64,000 nucleotides of DNA from Isurus oxyrinchus (taxonomy: Eukaryota), in NCBI GenBank assembly GCA_026770705.1, contig JANJGN010000039.1:4526001-4590000 (forward strand), written 5' to 3'. Made by a program: the position numbers and the translations under genes. Positions 1-12,290 of the stretch are shown one piece after another (position 1 is the first letter of the stretch; every line of letters begins with the position of its first letter). Below the pieces are notes generated by a model. It was not told the origin of the DNA, did no database searches, and was given only the letters and a program-made list of their open reading frames with translations.

Positions 1-1525
1 AGCAAGGGGCTCTCAGGCACACATAGGGAGGAAGGTCAGTATGTGCACGCTCCGGGGCCATCCAACCAAATGACTCAGCTAGTGACAGGCCCATGTGCCT
101 TCCCTCTTCCTGTAGACTATACAGATCCAGCTTCACAGGCCGAGCAGGATGCCACTGCCCCACAGCAGGGCGATGAAAACAGACAGGCGACCTGCAAATC
201 TCGGCCTCTGAGAGGACCAAGGCCAAAGTTATCACAGCCAGAGCGTCGCAGTCAGCATGCAGCCGTTAACTCCGGGAATCTGCTCCTGCTGCTGCCTAAC
301 CAGTCGCTCCCTCCTCCATCTTAAACGGTCCCTGTAGGCCATCAGGCTTACTGCTAGGTAACCAGGATGCATGATCCTGACGTGGTCCTCCTGCAGCACG
401 AAAGAGAGAGACACGTGGTAATCATCGCTGGTCCTTTAGCAAAAACCCATAATGCTTCCCAGAAAGTGCTGGTCACCCCTCGGAATTCTAGAGAGGATTG
501 CTCTGCCTGGGTGCCTTGTCAACATGCAGCAACGGGGACGCTGTTACAAACAATGATGCTGAATATGCAAGGAGCTGACAGCGCCTCCAGCAGTGACTGC
601 TACATGACCAGTGTTGGCAAAGAGGTTACACAACGTGTGAAGTCCAACTGCTGTGCAGTGCAATGAAGTGCTGGTGGATTCAAAGCCAGTGCCGGTTTGT
701 GTAGGGGTCGGGGGGTGGGGGGGGAAGCATAAGACATGGAGCAGCTAATGGCACGTTGTTGCCTCTTGGATATTTAAAGGCGCGGGGAGGCAAGGAATCT
801 GAACCAAATCATATCACACTCGCTGCACCTGATCTGCCTCATGTGCAGATACATGGCAAAATTGTGCATGTGTCTTCCATGGGTGGCCATTTCCCTCACT
901 TATCCTACCCTCCACCTCTATTGACTTAAAGTGTGATGCAGCACATTACACCCCTGCCACCACCAGGGCAGCACGTTATAGCACCACCCCGCACCCTCAG
1001 CAGGCGCCTCCTTGGCTGGCAGCAAATGCCCGAGACAGCAACCTGCACCCATCACCAGTCACCTCCGAGGCTGGCCAGCACTTGCCCACAGACACTCACA
1101 ACCCTCACCCTTCACCTGAAGTACCGGGCATCAATTTACTCCGACCTCGGCGCCATTGAGGCCTGAAAAGAATGGGCGACTAGTGGAGATACTGCTGCTT
1201 AATCACTGCAGCTCACCCAAAGTGAAGCTGCACAGTGCACGTCACCTGTGTACTGCTGTGAAACACATCGTTATGCTATACTGATGACATGGACAGGTGA
1301 TACGGTGGATTCCATACACCTGAAGGGATTCCCTTTAAATTATGTACTAATCATTGCAATTAGCCTCCCATTGACCGATGGTGAGAAACGCAGCCCGTTA
1401 GCGGTAGGCTGAGCAGAAGATCGCGACCTGCATTCACGCTGTCTTGAAGTGGGCCCACCATATATACCATGCCCGCCACATATCACACCCGCCGTCAGTG
1501 GGCTTGGAAGACCGCACCCAAAATA
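1..1525. mobile_element. Degenerate PIF/Harbinger-like DNA transposon remnant (truncated by window start)
   Basis: GC-rich segment resembling the clearer Harbinger copies at 7.3-8.3 kb and 49-53 kb. Translation near 1120-1150 (KYRASIYSDL) resembles the transposase N-terminus. It ends abruptly at ~1525, where Gypsy pol sequence starts. Confidence 0.4.
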
Positions 1526-4500
1526 AGTCACTTCGTGAGAGGAGAGGCTGCAGTTGGAGCTTTGGATCAAATCACTATCTAAGGAATTGATTTTATCTCG
1601 GGCTCTGAGACGGCTGGTTCCAATTAGCCTCACCGAGACTGTTATAACACCCACTGGAACTGAAAGTAGCTGAGGCGCGATTTGAGTAATATCCTGCGTT
1701 GTGTCTTGACTGCTTCATGGCTAGATCTCTGGTCAAAAATTACGAAGCCATAGAAGGAACTGGAGCAAACTGAAGAATGTAATGAGAATGAGGATGACAT
1801 TTCGCTCCATCTACTTTAGTAGAAATGCAACAGGCTTATCCAAGGTTGAGAGCATTTGATATAACACCCTATCAGAGCTTGAATCAGAATCAGTACCTGA
1901 GTGTTCTTATTTAAAAATGCTGTGCATATGAGGAAAGGGAGGCCACCTCAAATATGAGCCAATCGGCAATTTACAATAGTTCATCCGGTGGACGGTCCAT
2001 CACGAGTTGCTTACGGTGTTCCAATGGCAGTTCATGCGTGCTTTAGGAAAACACAGGCTAATCTGCTGAAACATATTTATTTCCCATGGTTTCATAAAGA
2101 TGTTGTTAGTTTTTGCTAAACATGACATACATGCCAATTGTGGGGAAGCCACAATCATCAATTAAAGTGCATCCTTTATTCAGTCCAATTCCAGTTTGTA
2201 CAGAACCATTTAGCAGTACCTTAATAGAGGTTTTGGATCCCCAGCTAAAGCTGAAGTGGGAAACAGTGTCTTTCAAAAATTATGGTAGCTCTAACAACAT
2301 TTCCAATGGCAGTGCATTTCAGAAAGATCATGGTGAAAATTGTAGGGGAAAAGCCAGTTCCTTTCTTTACAATATGTGAGTTTCCTCAAGAAAAGTAATC
2401 AGATCAAGGCTCATATTTTATGTCACAGATATCCAAATAAAAAATGAAAAGTTTGGGAGAGGAAAAAAGTATTTTCAGCCTTCAGCGTATGATTCACAGT
2501 CATAAGGAACTTTAGCAAAATGAAATCTAACTTTAAAGACCACGATTAAAGTATATTGTAAATGATGTTCCATTTTGGGGGTAAATTCCTTCGATTTGTA
2601 CTTCTAAGGAACGCCCAGAAGGAGTCCACAGCGAACACTGCTTTTGACCTGATATTTGAGGAAGTGGCAGGAGATCCAGTGAAATTAATTGAAGGAAAAT
2701 TTATCAACCAAAGTTTCCGAGACGTCACATTTGACTAACGTGTCAAAATGCTGGGGAAAAACTAACCAAGCCCTGTGGGTCGGTCAAAAAACATGTAAAA
2801 ATAGAAATGCACCACAAACAATGGAAGCAGGTATCTATTCCAAAACTCGAAGTTATGTTGCTGGAGGAAATGTTTGAGTATGGTGACTTTTCGCTAGTAA
2901 CAAGAGAAAAGCAAGGTTCATCGGCCTTTACCAAGTCACAAAGAAACTCAAATCTGTGAATGATCTAGTGAGCACTCCAAGCAGGGGGAAATTCAACTGA
3001 ATGTTTCCCGTCAATATGTTAAAGCCAAATAATGGCTGGGAAGGTAACCAGGAGAGGAATGTGCTTGCATTAGTGAAAGGAGAAAGGGGAGAAATTAATA
3101 TTTCAAACCAATTGGAGAATGAACCAGAAATCGGAAATTCTAAACTCAACCCATCCAGTGGTTATATTGAACAGTTCAGAGGCCGTTAAAATTTAGATCA
3201 GAGCATAAGAAATAATAACAGCGGTAGAACAATCGGTCCCTTGAACCTGCTCTACTATTCAATAAGATAATATTTGATCTTCCAGTGTTTCGATTTCCAT
3301 TTAGCAATGTAAGCCGGATAACCCGTGATGCCCCTGCCATATTACGCTAACTTCCAGAAAATAATTCCCAGATGTCTTATGAAAGTTAATACAAACTCAT
3401 GAAACTCAATGTACAGATCGACCAAGGAAAACGGCTTTGGCCTTATATGTTGCAATGTTGGGGATGTCACCAAAAGAGCAACGTCTACTCAGGCTTATTC
3501 CAGGGATGTTATTCTAAGCAAAGGAAGCAATGAAGTTTATGTTCGAGGATGACATTATTCAACCGATTAACAGTACATGGAGCTCACCCCTTATAAAGGC
3601 ATCTAAACCAGATGGGTCACAATGATTGTGTGTAGTTTATGGCAACGTTAATGCATTCACATACGCGGATCCATATTTTATTCCAAGATTGGAAAACTGT
3701 ATTGAAAAGATTGGGCAAGCAAGTTTCCTGATAAAAAAAATGAGTTATTGTAGGGGTACTGAAAAGTCCCTTTAACAGAAGTGACCAAAGAAACAACAGA
3801 TTTTGCAACCAGGAATGGCCATTTTGAATGTAATTTCATGCCTTTCGGAATGAAGAATGCAACAGTAACATTTCAATGATTAAGCAAAAGCGTTTTTGAA
3901 GGATTATTTAACAGTGTTATACATATAGTGAGAAGTTCATTGTGTTCAGCTGAGCTTGGGGGGAACTTATACAATTGAATGATGTGTATGGTCATTTACA
4001 AACATACAAATTAGTCATAAAATTTGCATAAAGTGAATTTTCCAAAACGAAACTGATTGATTTGGATCACACTCTGTTGAAAAGGCAAACTGATTTCCGG
4101 AAAAGCAAAAATATGGGTAATCCAGGATTGACAGTGCTTAAGAATAATGGAGCGACGTTATGGTCGCTTGGCATAAATGCATTTTATAGGAAGTTTGTCC
4201 TGAATTTCACGTCGGTAAAGAAGAGCAAAAATATTTGAATGGACAAAGGATGGTCCAAGTGCCTTTGGCATCTTGAATGCTGTACTCACCACTCCACCAG
4301 CTTTAGCAGCATCACATTGTGTGAAGCCAGTTAAACTAGTTTTTGATGCTAGTAAGTGTTGGAGCAGTTTTACCACAGAGCGACTGGACGGGAATTGAAC
4401 GGCCAGTCTGTTAAGTTACTGGAAATGTACTTTTTTTTTTAACAGGGGAAATACTCAGAAGTGAGAAGGATAATCTAAGTATAGTGCTGGCTGCACAACA

Positions 4501-4900
4501 TGTCTCCTCACCCAAACATTCTGCAGAAATTATTATTTTATAAGGATCAGAATCCTATATCCTTCCTAGACAAGTTTTAGAATAAGAAACCGATACAATG
4601 TTGGTTGAGTTTAAGGCTATTCCCTTACAATGAAAAACTCAGCCATTTCGCTGGAAGTTACAATGTAACAACAGATACTTTATCAAGAGCAAATATGGAG
4701 GAAGAAGAACGTCATAATGAAAGTGGACTTGTATAGAATATGATTCTTATGGAAAATACTTGCATATTTGCTGTCAGAACATAATTACAGCTATTGTAAA
4801 AGCTGTAACATAAGATAGATTTAGTGACGAGAGTAGATGCTAACGGGAAATGAAAATGCCTCTTAAAGCTACCTTTTCAATTCTTATCCTTTTGCGGGGT
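1526..4900 (+). mobile_element. Gmr1-like Gypsy LTR retrotransposon pol remnant, domain order PR-INT-RT-RNaseH, many stops and frameshifts
   Basis: Protease C-terminal remnant at ~1530-1740. Integrase H2C2 finger (..KDVVSFC*T*HTCQ..GKPQSSIKVHPL.PIPVCTEPFS) at ~2030-2230 and integrase core end at ~2570-2700. RT motif NGHFECNFMPFGMKNATVTFQ at ~3815-3880. RNase H motif VFDAS..VGAVL at ~4340-4375. Confidence 0.85.
3195..3345 (-). mobile_element. CR1-type LINE/SINE 3' end inserted in the Gypsy element
   Basis: cataagaaataataacagcggtag...cccttgaacctgctctactattcaataagat resembles the reverse complement of the CR1 3' tails at ~25000 and ~37660. Confidence 0.6.
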
Positions 4901-4903
4901 AAA

Positions 4904-5600
4904 TGATGGGAACTCGATGTAATTTTAGACAAGCTACAATTGTATTTGTAATGTGAAGCCTGGGCTTGGTTTCAGTTTGGATTTTTGTGACATTCAGCCG
5001 GCCAGCCTGGGCCACTGTTTAAATGTATACATTTTAATGACTGCATTACGAATCTTGAAATGAAGAGATTGGCTCATAAAGGGATTGGTGATTTAGTGAA
5101 GTCAAATCCAAAACAAGAAGTAGGAAATAAAACTGTGTTGTTGACTCGCAACTTGTGATCAGAGGGAGCTGCACAGATACATAAAGACAAGGAGCCTATG
5201 ACCTTGTAGTTTCAGTTGTATCAGATTGCCAATGAGTGAAGACTTGACGAAAAGGCCTCAGTCTCTCTCCAACTGGGCATGATGCCAGATTCTTATGGAA
5301 CTCGTGGATAATCCTCTAACACTAAAGGAGAGGTGAATTTAGATTGAGTGTTCTGGATATCTAAAGGGATATACAAATTGTGCAATTGCTTCTAGTGAAT
5401 GTTCAGAAGACCACTGGAAAATCAACTTCTTTACCACTGAACAAACGCTACCCTTGGTCCAAAATAATGGTGCCTGTCCGCTGGGGTCCTGGGTTAATAA
5501 GGGCATTAGTAGGATGAAAGGGGCAGTATGAGTTTCTGCCACTTATTTCCTCGTCTCTGTAATGAAAACTTACCAAGCGTTTGGTTGCCTGGTGTAATAT
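4904..5600 (+). repeat. Probable 3' LTR of the Gmr1-like element
   Basis: Non-coding tract after the end of pol and a short purine-rich segment. It starts with TG. No partner LTR could be identified, so the boundaries are approximate. Confidence 0.35.
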
Positions 5601-6005
5601 GATCATGATTAATTACATTTTTTTTGTGAATCTTGCAAAGTCAAATCAGGCTGCTGTGAACCAGTTTCAGTAAGGAACCCACGCTTTCAAAATAAATGAT
5701 TTCTTAAAATAGGTCATCAATCCAGGTTCCATTCTGCTTTGGAACTCTGCTTTTATAAACAGCGTGGAACACTTAAAACCCTCCTGTCCTCGGATATCAC
5801 TTCCAGGTGCCTTTACATGTCATGGTCAGTCAAACCTCTATTCACAGCCTTCCATCCCTTAGCGAGCCACATACATCCGATCTACTAGGTTGTGAGACAA
5901 AAATTGTTGGAATGCAAGGCGTTAAATGAACCGGTTTGTTCAGTCCCTGTAATTAACTTCAATCTCCCTGGATCCTAATTGTGTCACAGGAGGGTTTCAC
6001 TCTGC

Positions 6006-6013
6006 TATTTATA
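6006..6013 (+). promoter_or_regulatory. Candidate TATA box of GPCR gene 1
   Basis: TATTTATA ~140 bp upstream of ATG 6148. A similar TATTTAAA lies upstream of the minus-strand paralogue. Confidence 0.4.
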
Positions 6014-6147
6014 CGGGGCTCATTTCAAAGTGCTGTCCCCTAATGTCAGGGGGACAGTCGCATTCAGCAGTCGCAAGGATCAACGATTCCTGAGAGGGGG
6101 AGAGAAAACATCAGAACCGCAGAATAATAGATTGGAACGTGACAACA

Positions 6148-6322
6148 ATGAATCAGAATCTTAGAACAAAATCTTGGAATTTTACAAAAATGGACAGAAG
6201 TTTAACCTCGGGGCTGTACTATCTTTCTCAAGATCGGATGTCATTAGCTGTTAGGATCGAGGGTATAATTTCGGTAATCCAAGTTGGTTACTTTCCCATC
6301 CTGACTCTTGTTGGTGTCAGCG
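6148..6322 (+). CDS. GPR139/GPR142-like class A GPCR, gene 1, coding exon 1 (N-terminus and first half of TM1)
   Basis: MNQNLRTKSWNFTKMDRSLT...IQVGYFPILTLVGVS followed by G|GTAAG donor at 6323 (phase 1). It splices in frame to the acceptor at 9388. Confidence 0.85.
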
Positions 6323-6419
6323 GTAAGAACCTATATGCAACAATCTGTTTTTTAAACCAGATTGACTGCATTACTGTTACTGTCTTTTACATTTCAGGAA
6401 GATGGAAGTCATTTGCTAC

Positions 6420-6960
6420 TGTTCCCGTTTTAATGATCTTTACCTATCCAGTCGCTCCACCCGCCTACCACGCCATTATCTAAGTCTGAACCATAGTGTC
6501 TTCGACTCCCATGCTCCATTTGGCCCTGAGCTGATTTGTGAGCCCAGACTCTTTCTATCCTTAAGCCTGTCTTCCACCAGCTGTTTAGCCTCACCCACTA
6601 TCCTCGCTGCATCAACACATCACCCGAATGATCCCTCAGCTGTACATTTGGCAAAGCCAGACTCGGCTATTAAAATGTTAATCTGGCCAGCCAATTGCTT
6701 TTACAAACGTTCTTAAAATATACCCCATACAAAACTCTGATTTTTGTAAACTCACCCATGCCAAATCTCATTCCACCAATATCCCTGTGCTCAAGGGCCA
6801 AGATTGCTTCCAGGTCTTTCAAACCGTCAATTTCAAAATTCCCAATCCTGTGATTTGATCACAATTTAATCTCTCTTCTCCAATCAATCCCACGTCCAGA
6901 AACTCACATATGGTGCCCCATGTTGTGCAGGGATTTTCAGCATGTTTGACGCATCCCTTT
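6420..6960 (+). mobile_element. L2-like LINE 3' fragment in the intron of gene 1
   Basis: Degenerate C/T-rich RT-tail-like sequence (ctcacccatgccaaatctcattccaccaatatccctgtgctc), similar to 43020-43500 and 55260-55570. Confidence 0.45.
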
Positions 6961-7329
6961 GAAACACTGGCTCTCCCTGTCCACCGGAAGCCTGTGTTAA
7001 TCACTCTCAGCTAAATATTTGTTAAACAACACGAGGCACCCTCTCCAGTTTAATTGAAACGGGCGAGACATCTCACTGTCAGCTGAAGGGCTTTCGACTG
7101 ACTACTGTTATTGCAAAGTCCATTGAGGTGCTGTAGATTGTTTTCATGGTGCTGTGCTGTGAAGGGCTGCATAAATTGAGAGAGGAAAGAGGATTTATAG
7201 GCCCAACCTTGGAAGAGTATTTGGTGCAGTAATTACAGTGCACCTGGACCTGTACCGTGACTAACAGAAAGGAGCGGAGTGAATAGGGAGTCAACCACCT
7301 GTTAACATTTCTTTGGGGGGGGGAGGAGG

Positions 7330-8330
7330 GTTGCACTGCCCGAAGCACCCCTGGATTGTCAGGAACACTTTACAAACCTACGCAGAAGTCATGTTCAGAG
7401 ACGGATGTAACTCTGACACAACAGTAAAGAGTTACAGTCCCGTGTCACCTCCTTCAACAGGACCTGGGGCCACACACCAGGGTGAGGGAGCTGCTGTCTT
7501 TGGACATTAAGTTCACATGATCATTGAAACTTCTTTTGATTCGGAACCGTCCATGCAGGAGAATAGCTGGTGGTATATTAATTATCACCCAGTATTTTGT
7601 CTAACTATGTATTCGCTAGCTAACAGAGAACATCTATGCTGGGTGCCACGTTTGTACTTTTGCTCCCTCAACAGGGAGAGGCAGTATAAGCGGTCCCAGG
7701 GCCTCCCAGGGCAGAGGGATTCCCGATGGCGTACGTGATTCTGCCGTGTCCCCATTAGAATGGACAGAGATAAAGGCTCTTAAAGAATTCTAACTGCATT
7801 CACTTGCAATTGATGTACATTTATGCACAGTACATCATGTTGGTGAATATCCAATATCCCGACTAGAGCCACAATACCTTCATTCTGAAGCACTCGGACG
7901 TTTCCAGCATCTCTGTAGCTCCATAGAGAACCACGCGGTGGCTTTTCGGAGATGAAGGCTGCCCCATCGGTAAATGGCTCAAAAATCACAACTTCGCCAT
8001 TCCCTACCTCCAACCAAGCAGGTGAACATCACACCTCAATACCAAGAGCAATGGAGTCGCACAGAGCATTTTGGATCACCCTGACATTGTGGGAAAGAAA
8101 AGCTTCTGATTACTGAGCCGTTGGGAGCGAACCCTCCATTTCACCCTGGAGTGGTTGATCATGTTCACAGTGTTCTGCTTCATCCTTCATATAATCACCA
8201 TCATAAGGAGACAGGCATTGTCACCAGGAATCCTGATACACTGCAGGAGAAGAGGAGATTGTGGTAAGATATATCCTGGATGCTTTCGCCTTTGACAGGT
8301 TGTCTAGATGTGCCCACTAAGAATCCAGTT
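7330..8330 (+). mobile_element. PIF/Harbinger (HARBI1-type DDE) transposase remnant in the intron of gene 1
   Basis: Frameshifted motifs in the correct order: CHLLQQDL (~7442), RERQY..GFP (~7672-7725), LQLMY..YIMLVNIQYP..SHNTFIL (~7800-7885), WLFGDEGCP (canonical WLLGDKGYP, ~7938). Confidence 0.75.
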
Positions 8331-9387
8331 TGCACATGACTTCCTTTCTGAAGTTGTACACAATGTAAATTTTAGTGTTTGGACAATGGAAATCCAACAC
8401 CAAGATCGAAGGACAGGGAGACCTTTGCTGATAATAGGAACACTTCAAAATAACCTTTTATTAAGAGACATTTTTTGAAGATTTCAGGTACTAAAAGAGG
8501 CTGATAGGCTATACATGTTGGTACATTTCTTTAATACAGAGGCTCCACCACACTGTAGACTAAAAGCCAGATATTTAAAAACTCCATTTGTCTTCAATCA
8601 CTGAGGAATGAACATTTCAGTCCTGCGATGTTTACAACCAGCACATTAAGCAAATTAAGGAATGAGCTGTTCCTGTTCTACACTCAAAATAATGTAATTA
8701 TGCGCTGCATTTCTGCAAATTATCATTTTATGTGTGAGGGTGTATGAGTGTTTGTGGTGTACGTGATCGCTATATTTGTATTTCGTATTTTGTAAGAAAC
8801 AGTCGTTTATCCTTTAATTTGAAATGATAATTCGCAAGAAAGCTCTCTTCGAAATTCTTAAAATAACATCAGTGGAGAGAGGAAACATTCCATCTGATAA
8901 CTGCATAGCCTTCCTGTCAGGTGATATGTTGCGCAAAATAATAAATTACCCCGTTTCACTTCTTTCCCTTAACACAATCATCACCTCTGGCTGCTCTCAC
9001 TCAAACGCATCTCCCCTCTCACACATGAGTTCCAGCATCAACCATGGGTACCACCCGTAATGGGCACCCTCGCCCGCCAATTCATGCGCCTCTATCATTG
9101 CTAAGTGCAACTATTATCCCCCGATTACTCCTTTCCTCCTTTGTCTCGCAAATATTCCCGTTCTCTCGCAAACTCCCATCTCCACCTTATTCCCACCTCC
9201 TTATTTTAACCATTCAATGTATGCTGCCTTCCACGATATCACAGTCATATTTTATGCCTTGTTTCTGGACCGTTCATTTCAATGCACCGGAGGCTGCTGT
9301 AACACATCTCCATCGCATCTCAATCATACTAGCAACTTTGGTACCAGAGTGATATAGCGTTTTATTGTTTATTACCTTTCCTTGCAG

Positions 9388-10265
9388 TTAACCTGGTCAC
9401 GATTGTGATACTCAGGCGCCGGAGCTGTGGCCTCTCCAATTGTGTTACCCGTTACCTGGTGGCCATGACAGTAGCTGATCTACTGGCCATTATCCTGGAC
9501 CTGATATTGAGGCATATTCCAATTGTGTTTGATAAGTATTTTTTTTTCCTGCGATCAATCCCAGTGTGTAATATCCATGCCGTCCTGCTTTATGCAGCCA
9601 CTGACTGTTCTGTGTGGTTCACTGTCACTTTTACCTTGGATCGATTTGTGGCCATTTGTTGCCCGAAGCTGAAAACTAAATATTGCAGTGAGAAAACGGC
9701 AGCTGTGATTCTGGGAACCGTCATTGCACTGAACTGTTCAAAGAACATTTTCTGGTATTTTTTGCTTACAGGTCAGTACTGGATGGTAAACTTCCCCTCG
9801 TTTTGTGGTTACACAAATGAGGTTCTGTTGAATCCTGTCTGGGTAACAATCGAGTTCACCCATCACATTCTAACACCATGTGTCCCATTTGTGCTGATCC
9901 TGCTCATCAATATTTTGACCATCGAGTATATTTTAGTGACCAGCAGGGCCCGCAAGAGACTCCGGCCTCACAGGAGTGGGCAAAACCCCAAAGACCCAGA
10001 GGTGGAGAATCGAAAGAAATCGATCATGTTACTCTTTTATATTTCAGCCAATTTCATCCTTTTATGGGGAATGCTAATGTTTTTTTCCATATGGATCCGG
10101 ATGTATGATTTAGGCTATTATTCCCTGTATCTAGATTTTTTTGTTATGGAATTGGGCTTCATGCTGCAGCTCCTTAGTTGCTGCACAAACACTTGGATTT
10201 ATGCTGTGACACAGACTAAGTTCAGGAAGCAGTTGTGGAAAATGTTGAAATATCCTTTCACTTAA
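9388..10265 (+). CDS. GPR139/GPR142-like class A GPCR, gene 1, coding exon 2 (TM1 end to TM7 and helix 8); full protein 350 aa
   Basis: Acceptor cctttccttgcag|TT gives V-N-L-V-T-I-V-I-L. The open frame contains YLVAMTVADLL (TM2), CSVWFTVTFTLDRFVAIC (TM3, DRF), TPCVPFVLILLINILT (TM5), RKKSIMLLFYISANFILLW (TM6), LQLLSCCTNTWIYA (TM7) and QTKFRKQL (H8). 175+878 nt = 351 codons including the stop. Confidence 0.92.
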
Positions 10266-11329
10266 ATTCTTTACTTAGTTCAATGATTAGAACAGCTGAA
10301 TATCTGACATTTATAGGACATTATTTCACATTTTCAGCAGGGGCTATGGGTCTGTCATTGGTCAGAAAGAATCAATGCGATCTTCCTGAATTTTAACAAT
10401 TAACTTAACGTTTTCAGCAGATGTGGCTGGGAGATGGGGTGGGGATTTTTGGGAGGTGGAAGTGGGTTTACTATCTGGAAGTATTAAATTACTAGGAGTT
10501 TCATGAATTCTCTCCTTGAATTTAACATTGCCAGCTGGCACGGGGGAGTCGGGGTAGGATGGTGTTGTCTTGTGCGTTCAAGGTGTCCTTATCAAAGGAA
10601 CAGAATCACTCAGCGCTTCCAATATTTTATCAGTTCATTGCTCAGTTTGAATGGAGGAAAATGTCTCTCACTGTGCGAACAAAGAAACCATGATTTTCCA
10701 GAATTATATCATTTTATCTTACTTACAGCAGCGGGGGTGGGGAGATGGTGGTGGGAGTGTGGGGTGTGCGGGGGCGAGGGGAGGCACTGAATGTTCACCA
10801 CTGACCTACTTCTCCCATCCCATTGGACGAATGCAAACCCATCGTCCCCAAGCCTCACACGGTAAGGCAGGAAACACATCTCAAGCCATTTCCACACTTC
10901 CATTGCCCACGAAACATGGCCATTATACTTCTCTCTCGCACTGATTGAACAGAGAACTAAGCCACTGACGCCTACTTCCAAAATCGCCGGTGGAACCGCC
11001 CGCTGCTTCTCAGTGATTGGACATGAATCCTCCTTCCAATACGTGAATGGAAGCCGAAATGGCATGTCAGAGTGCAACGTGGTGCGGTCTCGTCAGAGGA
11101 GATGTGGTCACAGCGTAGACTTAGGGTAACCAACAACGCAAGTAAGATAACAAAGTGAAAGTGAGGTATCAGTGGAAATCAGTGCATGGGCAGCACGCCA
11201 GCTCCGATTGAATGCTAGTGTTTACAACGGAAGTGGGTATCAATGCAGCTGCAGAAAGGGGGCGGCGTTGCAGGGGATTTGGGGTTTGTGTGTTGGGCAA
11301 GATGGCACAACTGGACCTCGATCTCCCTA

Positions 11330-12045
11330 AAAGAGATGCAGATTGATATCGAGAGACAAGGAGAGAAAGACGCAGGTTGCTTAACAGACAGAGAAAGACA
11401 AAGAGAGGTTGAAAAATAGATAGAAAGAGTGTGAGTGTGGGGAGAGGAAAAGGCTGATAGAGAGAGAGGTGGAGGCATAGTGAGAGGTGAACATGCTGGG
11501 CTGGAGAGCGGCAGAAAGACAGAGAGCGAGAAAGAGATAAAGAGAGAACTAGAGGCTGGAAGAGAACAACAGTGAGAAAGGGAGAGACGTACAATAAGAG
11601 AGGGAGAGAAGGAGACATTGAGTGACAGGGCAGAGGACGTGAAAAGGAGTTAAGAGAGGGATTGAGTGAGAGAAGGACAAAGAAGGAGTGAGAGACAGAC
11701 AGACAGATGTTGAGAAAGAAACAAACACAAAATGAGAGATAACAGGAAGGTGAGAGGACGAGCAAGAGAGGGAGAGACGGAGAGACAAATACACAGAAAT
11801 GATCCCTCAGCGCTGCCCTTACAAGAGTGCAGCAGCCCCTCGGTTTTGAAATTTGACTGAAAAGCATGATTTCGTACTGACCCACCGATAGTGCAGCGCT
11901 CCATCATTGCTGTCCACCTCTTTCTCTCACCCTCTCTCTTCATCTCGCCTTCCTGTTACCTCTATTTTTCTTTTTGTTTTTTTTTCTCAAAATCTCTGTC
12001 TTTCATTCTCTCTCCCTCTGCATTTGTCTCACTCTATCCCTGTCT
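11330..12045. repeat. Degenerate (GA)n tract followed by a (CT)n tract, containing an inverted duplication
   Basis: Purine-rich 11330-11795 and pyrimidine-rich 11910-12045. The 238-aa ORF here is a low-complexity artefact. Confidence 0.8.
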
Positions 12046-12290
12046 TCAACGTACAGCACACTTCCAGTACTGATCTTTCGACAATGCAGCACTTGAGCTG
12101 TACCGACCATCCTGTAATTCATCTCTGCTCCAGCATTGATGCTTCTGACGGTGTCCTGCTCTCTCAGTACTGACTCTCTGGCGGTGCAGCAACTCCTCAG
12201 TACTGAAACAAAGATATTGCAGTACAATTCAGTACTGACAGTCCATCAGTGCAGAAATCCGTCAGTGCTGTATTGGAATGCAATAGAGTT
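11800..12290 (+). repeat. Degenerate ~33-bp 'cagtgcagcactccctcagtactga' minisatellite
   Basis: Recurrent cagtactga and gtgcagc motifs at ~11830, 11875, 11891, 12066, 12166, 12183, 12198 and 12230. Confidence 0.6.

Noticed and set aside
9405-10265. Single-exon 286-aa GPCR starting at GTG 9405, as in the ORF track
   Set aside because: It lacks the N-terminus and half of TM1. A canonical acceptor at 9387 and an in-frame upstream exon give the complete 350-aa model.
6148-10265. Assigning the symbol GPR139 or GPR142
   Set aside because: Family-level similarity only. Motifs differ (DRF, NTxxY) and several paralogues are present, so orthology cannot be shown without phylogeny and synteny.
11169-11885. 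238-aa Leu/Ser-rich ORF resembling a membrane protein
   Set aside because: Translation of a degenerate (CT)n simple repeat. No domain motifs.
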